A stretch of DNA of 64,000 nt from Lingula anatina (Eukaryota; Animalia; Brachiopoda), in the NCBI GenBank assembly GCA_051362555.1, contig CM120643.1:18108848-18172847 (forward strand), given 5' to 3'. A program made the translations under genes and the position numbers. Below, piece after piece: positions 1 through 11,800 of the stretch. Within the stretch, counting starts at the first letter, position 1. Each line of letters opens with the position of its first letter. The notes below the pieces were generated by a model. That model had not been told where the DNA came from and searched no databases. It worked only from the letters and a program-made list of their open reading frames with translations.

Positions 1-326
1 TGTCCGCATCTTATGTAATTTGTGCGCAATATTTGTCAGGTAATGGCAAATTTTCATATAAAATGTCAATTACGATACGATAAAGAGAGAGCATGAAATA
101 ATAATTATAATGATAATAGCAAAACATCGACAGATGAATTTTTGAACAATTTTACAATGTGGAGCTGTACGATTTTTGAAGTTGTCTCATTTTTATTTTT
201 ACAATTAATACTAAAAATAATTTGCCATACATAGAAAATAAAAGAAAAATGAAAGATAGAAAAAAAACATTAAAAATCTTTCTTCGGTGGAAAAAGGGGG
301 GTGTCAAAAATAACAGAAAACTGAAA

Positions 327-361
327 TCACGTGATCACAACACGCTTTCAAAGATGGCTGC
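327..361 (+). promoter_or_regulatory. Spire proximal promoter motifs (E-box TCACGTGA; YY1-like AAGATGGC overlapping the ATG)
   Basis: Motifs are present in the CpG-rich patch at the start of exon 1. Confidence 0.4.
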
Positions 362-606
362 ACGGAGCGGCGGCGCACGAGAGAGGCTGTCGAAAATCGC
401 CGACAAACTCTCTCTCCAAGACATTTTGGAAGCCTTCAACGCCCCTCTGAACGAAGAACAAGCCTGGGCCATTTGCTTTCAGTGTTTGCAACACTTAAAG
501 AAACACTGGGACGCAGGGAACGCCATTTATATATATGGTCTCCCCTCCGTCTATGTTCACAAAGACGGAACGGTCTCTTGTGAAACTCCGACAACAGGAA
601 AGCAAA
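354..606 (+). CDS. spire: Spire exon 1 (KIND N-terminal part)
   Basis: MAARSGG...[26 protein letters not shown]...; donor GTAAGT at 607, phase 1. Confidence 0.93.
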
Positions 607-3600
607 GTAAGTATATGATTTCATGATGTGTCTTTTCTTCCGTTTGTGACCTTTTGATGAATGTCTGTAGAAGAAGTTGCAGTCTGGCACAGTGGAAATA
701 TATTGCCTGCGTGTTTGGCGACTGTAGAATGACACTAGCAAAATGTCTTTGGGTTACAGTGCGTGTGTATGGCAGTTTGAGATGCAGTGTAATTTACATG
801 CTGAAAATATGAAGTGATATGTTGTCTGTCCGATGAAGATTTGTCTTTTTAAGTGAATATGCCAAATATGACGTAGGAGAGAGAAATAGCAAAGCTAACT
901 GTTATTTCTTCGTCCTGATGTATCTTGGAAGCTTTGAATTTGATCTATGTGCACAGAGTAATTTTTATAAAAAAGATTTCAGCATGTACTATGTATGTTA
1001 ATTACAACAACATTCACAACATCAGCAAGTGTCACTTGACATAAATGTTATAAAACAAGCCTGCTTATTCCACTTAGGGGTGGGTGGTGGGGATCTATGA
1101 TTTTTGTAGAAGTATTTGCAGGAGTGGAGACAATAAATATTAAGCTTAATGTTTTAATACGAAATAATTATAATGTTTGGGGAAATTTTGGTCTTTTAGA
1201 AGTATACAGTGCATACAGTAATTATGTACTTGCATGTGGGCATTGTGGAAAAATCATTTGCTAACAAGAGCAACTTCAGGAATTTTAATTTATAAAAATG
1301 ACGATGGAAAAAGACAAGATTTAGATTGTTCAAGTGCATATGCTAGTAGTAAGGTTGCTCAAGAAAGTGCTGATATTTTTGTTTGACATCAATATTGCCA
1401 GTTGTGCATTGCCATATGCCATGCCGTGCTGGGAGCCAAAATCCATGTTTGCTTACCCTGATAAACTGAAAGTTCATGTTGCTCTGTTCTGATATAAAGT
1501 CAGTAACACAAAGTAGAAAGGATAAAAAAAATATAGGACTGGTTTAGAATTTCAGTAAATGTACATATTACAGCTGAAATTGTTGCTAATGTGTGTGTGT
1601 GTGTGTGTATCTGGATGTTACTGTGTGTTAAAATGTTTTGCTTGTGGTGCACCTGCTTTAGTTAAAAGTATTGATTTTCTTGATCACTACAGATCTAGTT
1701 AAGAATGTGTTTTTCATTATTATAAGATTCTCTTGCAGTTGGAGGAGAGGAATTTTTCCCAACATAAAGGTACTAGCATATGACCCTCCCCCCACCCCCC
1801 CACCCCAAAATATGCAATTGAAAAATATTATTTATATGTATGCCTTATTGATAATGAATACATGTTGTCCTAAAAATGTACTAGTAAGTAAAATGGGTCT
1901 AAGGGATAAATGATCAAATGTAGTTAGGAGCAAGAAAAAACTGGCATTAAAGATAAAATTTACTTATAAACAGTAATGAATTAAAAAAAAAAACACATCA
2001 GCCGACAGGTGGCCTTGAAATAAATAGGTAAGAGTTAGCTTTTTCTTTTAAAAAAACTCACATTTAAAAGGATTTCTTTGCAGCTAGTTCCTTGATAAAC
2101 TAATTGTAAAACCAAGACACTCTACTTGCTCTCATGCACTTCTGATAACTCCCTTAAGAGCAAATACTTTATCACTGATAACATATATAATACAGCTATT
2201 AATTATGTAACACATCCTTTAATTTTGATTGTATATCAGGATAATCAGGGATATTTATGATATTATCAAGGATATTATAATGATAATTAAGGATAATTGA
2301 GGACAAGGGGTGTGGTCGCAACAGGTGTATGAGTAATTTCTATTTGTCAGGTGGACATTGCGTGGATGCCTTTTGATTCAGTCGTTACATTTATTATTAT
2401 TTAAGATAATATTGCAGTAACTTATGAAGAAAAAAGATATATGTAATTTAATTCTCAGTATCTGAAAGCTGAGATGCATGTTGTTATATTGCTTATTCTA
2501 AAATTCTGCCTCAGATCTATTATTTAAGTTAATTGCTTCCTTGACTTGTAGATTTATGATGAGATAGATTTATCAAAATTACTTGACAAATTTTCAAGCC
2601 AAGTTTTCTTTGATATTTTAAAGGGGGTATATTTTCATTTGCATAACTTAATGGAGCAATATTCTTCTTGTTTGTGGAGGTAGTGGTGGTGGGGTATCCT
2701 TAGAGCCTTGCTAACATACTGGACCAATTTTAAAGCACATCTTAGAACACTTGTCTGAGTGATTCTTGGCGATTTTATTTGAGATTTTTGCTGTCTTCTA
2801 GAAAAACCAAGAGGTTAAAAAAAAAAACTAATCTAAACTAAAAAATGATGCTATCATTAATTTACCATGCATGAAACCTGGGGCTGGAAACTCAAAACAA
2901 CAGAAGGAATGGGAGTTGTTGTTCAAGACCAAACATTTTTGGTTTACATACTACTACTAATATTTCAATTCAGGATACATCAGTAGTAGATCCCTGAAAT
3001 AAAAAGTAACTGTAACTTTGGTCTAGAATATTTAACTCAAATTATTTATCTCATAAAATGTTGTGTGGAGTGTTACAGATAATTTTACAGTTTTGACTGA
3101 AAATTTTGGGTTTCAAGCAAAGACCAAGTTTTAGTCAAAAGTTCTAATATAAACCTTGTCCCAGAGATGATTATATCACTAGCAGTATATACCAGTACAT
3201 ATAACATTGAATACATAGGATCCATTTCACACCTCGGCTCTGGTAACATGCATATCATCCATATTTGTACTCTTACGTTTCAAAATGCATTATTGTAACC
3301 ATTTTCTTTTGTGCACAGTGGGTCCATTCTTCGAGTTGAGGAATTTTACGGCCATTTGTTTACTATCACTGGTGTGCTTAGATGGCTGAATGGTTTGAGC
3401 CTCGAGCATCGTGGCTTTGTTACGAAATGTTTTCATATCATTATGGCGGATGGATGTGGTCGAATGGGCCATTTTGGTAGGCATTTTTGAAGCACTGGTG
3501 GGGAAGGGTGATGAATTCTATCACTTTGATCTGTGAGTTTTGTGATTAGACATGGTGTGACACTGGGTGCTTGTTGTTTAGAAGACCTTGTAGGCAGTTT

Positions 3601-4739
3601 AAAGGGGAAATTAATGAATTGAAACAAGTTTGCAGTGTGGTGACAAAGTACCCTTTATAGACCCGTATCAAGTTAAAAATGTTAAAAATTGTATACCACT
3701 TACAGTGCACGTAGGATATGAGATGAAAGATGGTAAAAAAGGGGGGGAAAAACATCCTAAGATGTGCTTTGTTTTATAAGAGACAGTAATCCCAGTGCTG
3801 AAGTAAAATACAGAAATATAAACTTACTAGCATGCTTGTGTTTGAGTTTATTATTAAGGAATAAAGAATACTTAAGAAAATTTAGCCTTTCAGCACTGAA
3901 GAAGGTGACTTGTTATAAAAAACAAAATATTAATTACAGTACAGATAACGTTGATCTTTGCAGTTTGTTGCTAAGAATCTAAATAGCAGTAAAACTCTTA
4001 GCACAGCCGGTGAAATTCTTTCACTGAGATGAAAGAAAAAAAAAAAGCTTGTAGCAGCAAATATTGGATTTGGGAATCTTCCCACACATCTCAAGTGGAG
4101 CAGGGCAGGAGGAATATTTCACTTTCAGTATGGTTACACAAGCTCATCATTTCTGAGGCTTATTATTGATCAGGCTAAAGGAGAATGGCTCAGCTTTCAA
4201 TAAGAAGCTCAGCGTGGCGCAAGTATGCCTATATATGTAATATGTATGCATGGTTGTCATGTTTACACCTAGATAGCTGGTGTAGTCCTGTTTTGAACCT
4301 TCATTAAACATATGCAATGAACAAAAATTAACCTCAATCCCCATCTTGAATATTAATGTTACAAAATCCTTTTTAAGTCAGTTTGTGTGAAAATTATCAA
4401 TTTTCCAAGATTTTCAGATTTTAATGCTTGTTGGTGCGTAAACAGCATTTAAAGTTAAAGCACATTTTCTTTATTGTAGAACAGGTTGCTGAAGGGTAGG
4501 CCACCACAGATCTTAAAATCCCTTATTGAATAAACTTCAGTAATAGATTTGCCAAGTTCCTAAAATCAAAGGGTATTCATAGTCAAAAATCGGCATTGGT
4601 GATTTGATTTCTCTGTGTATATATTTGACCATGAAACTTAAAAATAATATTTTTGCGCAAATGAAGGGAGTTGGCAACTGACAGTAAGAAAGCATAAGAG
4701 GGAGCTGATTGCATTATCTCATGTGGGATCTTGTAATAC

Positions 4740-4773
<34 letters not shown>

Positions 4774-7700
4774 ATCACATATAAATGTGTACCTGGATTG
4801 CACAGAAAACGGGTCATTTTCACATAGTGTAAACCTGCTGTCAACTACCAGTCTTCAGAAGCCCAATAGTCCCACATCAGTGGAGATCAATTCTGTAGAG
4901 CTTAGTCCACAGATTGAGCCACATTCATTATATAATACACATACTCACACACACACACACATTGGTTGCGGAACATTCCTCAAGACAGTGACAGGCGTGA
5001 AATCCTTCACAAGAGGAAATAGAGGCAGAATGAATTGAGTGAGATGTCGTGTAGATAGGGTTATGTTACACTGGGCTTCATAGTCTGATGAACAGTGTTA
5101 TTTGTGACTACTGTATGGGAGCTTGTGGTACCCTGTCTACAAAAATGGAATTAATAAATTATAAATGTTTTGAATTAATTTTACTGGAATTGTCAAAAAT
5201 TTTAAGCACTCCCAACCCCTTCAATAAGGTGGGAGAGAAATATGAGCTTTTTTATTTTTATTTTTGTATTATTGGAATATAAAATAACTGGCATTCATTT
5301 GAGCCAGGGCAACTTTTGAAAGCTTATTTTGATTATCTAAGCAAAGTAAGAAGAAGCAATATTTACAGAATTAGAAGGGCTTTGTATTTTGTGGAAAATG
5401 GAGTGCTCCTCATACACTGAAATGACATAGGTATTGTGAGTCAGTTTCTTTCGGGTGAATGAAGAAGAAAGAAACTTCCACCTTTCTTTAAGTTGACTAG
5501 GCAATATTACACTTTTTACTCATCACAAAACGACCACTTGTTGTGAACTTCTGACCTTGTTTGGAAGACCGGAGAAAAGGCGAGCAATTTCTCAAATTCT
5601 TTACCTATGTGCTAGACAGTTCGTCATAAGTTGACAGCATTTGTGTTCAGAATGATGTAGTTTGAGTGACAAAATGTGACAATTGTACGGGAAAATTACT
5701 CATACCATGGTTTGGAAATTTACATACTAGTAATATGGCAATAGGACTGCAAAATAACTCGTATGTTATAAAATTTAAGATGCTGATTTATCATTTTACA
5801 CCTCTGTAATGCTGTTCAGATGTGTACATTTTTGCTCGATTCATTAAATACAGATGTTGTGAAATAAAAAGGGTATATAACAATAGTTGCAAAAGCTCTT
5901 TTTCATAGTGCCAGTGCTGTAGTAAATATCATGAGTGTAGAGCAGAAGGGGTGGGGTCTTTTTTAAGTAGGATCAAAGTAGGGCATTCAACTGTACTTAG
6001 TCAAAGAAATAAATCATAAGAATAAATAGATGACACATTCTTCTGGCCACGAAAGATATGCAGGTCTTTTCTCACTCCACTATTAATCTTGGTTTTCTGT
6101 CTGGGATACATGATGGAGGAGGAGCACGGCGTGTTTTTAATGACTACTTCCTCTTTTTCTTTCTCTTTCTCTGTCACTCTTTCTCTCTCTGTCGCTCTTT
6201 CTCTCTCACGCTTTTTCTGTCTTGTGTGTGAATGTATGTTTTGGGGGAGGGGTTAAAATATTGTTAAAATATTGTTTAATTGCTTAGCTTAATTGATTGG
6301 TGAATGGTCATTTGCATTTAAGAAAAAAAAAAAAACACCTAGAGTCTATTTATCATACCCTTAGACTGCCAATATGGCTTAATTAATAGAGCCAGGTAGT
6401 ACAATATACAAAATGAGTAGGATCCATTTGATGATATTTTATACAGATCTGATTGTAAATGAGTACATTTCTTTAATGTATCCATCATCATCATGACAAG
6501 ATAACATGTCCAGTTTGAAAACCACAGGCTAAACAGCCACAATTTGTGGTCATAAGTGGTCAGTGTACCTTATCACATGGCCTAGACTGACCGCAAGGTA
6601 ATTTGTTGTAGTGCAGTTGTTATCACTGACACTGGGCACTCTTTTTTTTGTGCATGTGTGTAGGTAAATGCATATACTAGTAAGTGTCGAAGTGTGTGTT
6701 ATTTATGAAAGAGCTTGTGCCTGCGTGTGTGTACACATGCATGCATCTTAGGAGAGAGAAAGAAGTTATACAAGAACAGAAAACTGGCTCATGTTGTAAC
6801 TGGATAATAGAGCCATCTTGAATAAAAAGTCAGCATGAACAAAAGGTGCAACAGTTGTTGTTCTACATCCGCTAACAATCTTTGAGTCCGTGTTTAGCCA
6901 GCAGATACAGACGCAATCTAAGACCCCAGTGCTGTATTTGTGCAGTAAACAGAAGGTGTTTGTAGAGAAATGCTCACCTGTTGGTTAAACTGTGGTATAG
7001 GGTGACATGTTTTATGTCAATGGAGTCTGTTTGCAGATTTGGTTTTTTAAGATATCAAGACTGATTTAATGAGTTTGGAAAGAGGGTGGAGGGAAGTAAT
7101 AGATAGACCCCGAGTCAGCGAGGGTTATGTGGCATACACGAGTGCGAAGCACGAGTGGATGTCACATAACCCTCGCTGACGAGGGATCTATCTTATTTAG
7201 ACCACGGGTCCATTAGCGGGTTATAACACATTCATGCGAGAAGTGTGGTTACGCGAGTTACACCACCTCTGAGTCTTTTGTTCTTTACTTCCACCGTGGT
7301 CTAATGTTTATTCATTTTCAAGTATTTCGTTATTTCCTTGGACTTGTTTTCAGACGGATTGAGTTGATTAAAAGAACAGTTCCACATGTTATGTCATAAT
7401 GTTTGATAAGAATGATTTTAACATCACAAATAACCACTGCTGCTTTTGTTTCTTACTGTTTGAACAGTTTGAGAAGCTCTGTATTTTAAGAAATAAAAAT
7501 ATTTCAGTTATGATAGATAGCTGCTGCTGCTTTGCTTCTTGCTTAGTATTTACATCATCAACATTTGATTGCCTCTCTGCTTCCTGCATCGAGAATTGTT
7601 AATCATTAGTTCGTTTAACAGAGGCTATTTATAGTGAGGAGGTTCATGGTGAATCAATGGCTGCTCGAAATTGTTGTCTCTTAAAGGGACAAAAAATAGG

Positions 7701-8801
7701 ATTAAAAACGCCTTTTTAGTGCATGGATTGCTTCTTTTTTAACTTATCTGAGAACAATTGCTATGGGGAAAGCATAAAATGGCAGGTAAATGGCCTTAAT
7801 CAATATCGAAAAAAAGAATCATATTCACCGTCCACTTTCGAACCCCGGGCGTCAGCCATCTTGACACAGTTTGAAATAACGCGGCTTCTCGACTCAGATA
7901 CGAGATGTAAACAATGCAGACAGCATGTCGTTTCGAAGGTGAGCGTGGACGTGAAGGAGAAGAGGAATTGCTCACCGAATCTTTGCAGGTAAGCGAGTTA
8001 TATTTACCAAAAGTACTTTAAAATGGGAAGATGGCAGTGGAAATCAAAATGTCTGGCAGAGGAAGTTAAAAAGCGTAGATAACTGCTAATAATTAACGTT
8101 TCCTCGCGTAACGCACTCGCAGCCAAATCACTCGCACTGGATACGTACTACTAGTTATATGAAGCGAGATAGTGCACTTTACCCCTGAGGTGTATAGTTC
8201 TGTAAAGCAGGAGGAATACCCTTTTCTGCTCAATGTGGTCATCTACCAGTACTTACAGACTAACCTCACACCATATTCTCGCAGGGGAATCCCATGAGAT
8301 ATACAATGTAACTCGAGTACTAGTGGGGTTAGAGGGTGTTCTTTGTACGGCACGTAACTACGTTAGCTTATTTGTAAATTTAATAATATTGTCAATGAAT
8401 ATGATTATAAGGAATGATTTTTTAGCCTTTCAGAGGAGGAATTGGGTGATACACCCCTTCAAGCACGAGTGAAGAGATCAGGTATGTTAATAATTTTAGC
8501 AGTATAACATGGGCGGATCCAGGATTATTTGAAAGGGGGGGGGGGTCCGCGGATGCAAAGCCGACCCCCCTAGTTGGCGTGGGGTCCTGGGCCTGCTTAA
8601 AACTTTGGTATTTTAGAGGGTGAACAGTGCCATTTGGTACGGTTTAGCACTTTACTGTAGTAAATTAGCTAGTCAAAATTCTAATTCCAAGTGGGGAATA
8701 TTAGTGTGATTTTTTTACATCAGTTCTTTGAAACCATGTGTGATTATGTTATTTCTTCTTGTGGCCTTTATGATTTAATGCAGCTGCAGATATTTAAATT
8801 T

Positions 8802-8834
<33 letters not shown>

Positions 8835-11800
8835 CATAATCAGACTTGCTTCTTTATAATAAGCTGGTTATCATGTAGTGATCATGCCCTCTAATTTGTT
8901 GATTTTTGTTAAAGAATAGTGCTGTTATGATAATATCAATACATTTTTTTCTTTATAACCATTTTATGTAATTTTACTATTACAGTGCCTCAAGTTATGT
9001 CTGGAAAACTCATACCAGGAAGCACTCCAATCTTACAATACTGCATCACTTCAATGTCGGTGTGACAAGTTGTGTAAAAGACTGCTACAAAAAATTTGCA
9101 GCGATGACCACATGATCCACCACCTTTTACCAAAACCGAGTGAACAGTTTTATATTATAATGCCCATGTACATGTATTTAAAGTGACAAGACTGAGATCA
9201 GCGAGAGCCTCAAGGCCTTTATTTTCTGTGCATTGTCAACTCTTCAATAATTTTATAATTTTGTCAAATACATCCAAAGATTCAATTCTAATGCAATACT
9301 TGAAAACTTTTTTAGAATATATTTTATTGTCGAACATGTTTTTCTAAGAACTAGCCCTTTAGTAAATTAACATGTACTATCCAACTGTTATTATTAATTA
9401 ACATATTGTTATGTAGAGATTATGAATGAAATAAAAGTTTAAATATTGAAACATCTTTTATTTATATTTGGCAAAAATACAAGAATAAACAAAGTTTGCT
9501 ACATAAGTTTGGAATTTGGCCAAATCATCTTTATTATTACCTGTCACATGTAATGAATAAGACATACACAGATTCTGTAAGCTAGAATGCATAATTATTT
9601 TCATACTCATTAATGCCATCTTCATAAATAAGCCTTCTATTCAAGCATTCACAAACTTTCACATTGTGCAGTACACATTATAGTATGATAACATTTTTGA
9701 GAGAGACTTATTAATAGCCAGGCTATCATGTTAAGAGTCTGATGTACATGCAGACCCATGAGGACTGCAGATCAACAAATTATCCCCCTCTCTGTCAGTG
9801 TATTGACTCGTGAGCTGTCTCCATGCAAAGGGATGTGTCATAAGAAAGGACCAACCCAACTTACACAAACAAATTGTTTCATCAGTAAGATATTCACACA
9901 TACTTTTCCAAGATGTGCAGGGAATAAATAGAAAGGTATAAATATTTCTTTAAAAAATACAGGCATAGCTTCCCTGCATGAATTCTAAATAATGGCTGAG
10001 TGGAGAATTGAATACAGGCACAAGTGTTCACTCAAACCATTTTTGTAGGTCTTAAAAGAAATGACATGCAGTCATTTGCCAAATACAGAATTTTATGCTG
10101 TAACAAAGTCACAAAACTGCAACTGGTGATCTTACAAAATCTAACAACACACTGGTTTAAAATCAAGTTGAAATCACAATATGCCACCAGTACCATATTC
10201 CATAATACATTTGATGTCATTTAGATTTAAGAAGTAAATGCTGGACCAAAATGGTTTATTCTCAATATCAGGCATATGACTTAGGTTTGGGAGGAAAGAC
10301 CACCTTGATTTCCAATCTGTCTGCATTATAGCATACATGTAAGTGCTAGATGGTTTGAAGTCAGTAGATTATGCTTTGTCACATTGGCAAGATGAGTTCA
10401 CTGAATATATCCTGTAAGCAGCACTCGAAAGTCAGGAAAAGTCTCTCACTATCCAACTCGTCCCCGCTTTGGACCCTCAAGAAAAGTTCATCTTTTTTTG
10501 GTGGAGAGCCATGGAGTTCCTCTTCCATGTAAAAAACTCTTCTTCAGGACATCATACTGGCAGTTGCTCATAACCTTTAGGTCTAAAAAAGCAAATCAAA
10601 ATAATAATAATAATAATTTATTAAGATTGCAACCCAGTGGGTTGAAGTTGTACATAGTGTTAAGAAAATTATAATGAAAATAAAGTGAATATTTGCTTGA
10701 ATAAAACTGAGTTAAAAGACTGCTAATTGAACTTTAAAATTATTGTACTTAGGATAAAAGACAACATAATACTATTGGAAATTTAAAGTGCATACGGAAT
10801 AAAAGAGCATCAGAATCTGTCGGTCTTAAATTGTGGCACTTTGTTACTATTGTTTGATCTTAAAAGACGATTGGATTGATCAATAAAGATGTGATTCAGT
10901 TTGTCAGAGGATTCAGTTATTTTGTAAAAGAAAGTTTTGCACAGATCTCTTCGTTTATCTAAAGTACACATATGCCAGGTTCAGGGTTTCATCATAGTAT
11001 AGGTCAGGGAAAATAATCTTCAAAGCACGAGTTTGGTCAGTCTCTTAGAGTTTGCATTGCTCTATAGTTAGTCCTGGATGCCACACAGGGCAGGCATATT
11101 CTAGAATTGAGTGCACAATACTTTGGTAAAGCTTAGCTCGTTTCAGTTGACGGAGGAAATAGAGTCTTGCATTATGTTTACATTATGTGTTGCCAATTTG
11201 GAAAAAAAATTGATAAAAGATAAATCATGCACCTATATGCCTAATATATGAGGAGTGAATATCAGTTTATTAAAATTCTGCTTACTCTAAAGACATGTTT
11301 TAGTCCCATGTTGGATCATCAGGATCCTTTAATTCCCTCTTCTTCAGCATCTTCCTCCTCTTCCATCTGCACTTCTTCCAGTTCAGGCATACCATAGGAA
11401 AAAGTTACCTTGATACTGCAACCAAAAAAAAAAAAAAAAGCAACTACATAAAATAAGATAATCGAGTTTGAGAAAAATTATGTAAAAACATAACTGAAAT
11501 AAGTATAAAACTCAACTGAAATAAGTATAAATGCCATTTTTCTCAATATGATCACCTTAAATTATCTAGACTGTCATCTTCAACTGCACTAGTATTAACT
11601 ACAGTACAATTTAATTTTGAAGTTTCTTGATCACTTCATATTGGTTTAATCTCCGAAATACTGGTTGGAAGTTAAAATTGTATGATCTAAATTATTACTC
11701 TGGACTATTTAATACATGAGAGATATGTACCAAACATAAACATGCAATATCCCCTTTTTGATTTATTTTTTTTAATGTAAAAAGGAGACAAATCGTCTTT

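Noticed and set aside
222-353. ORF-track extension upstream of the Spire ATG
   Set aside because: Non-ATG start and A-rich low complexity; ATG 354 has a good context and directly precedes the KIND domain
3313-3500. CACAGTGG start of a CpG-richer patch (Transib/Chapaev-like terminus)
   Set aside because: No matching right terminus or TSD found
7830-7865. TTCGAACCCC, a B-box-like motif suggesting a tRNA or SINE
   Set aside because: No cloverleaf or matching A-box can be built; it is part of the CpG-rich TE end
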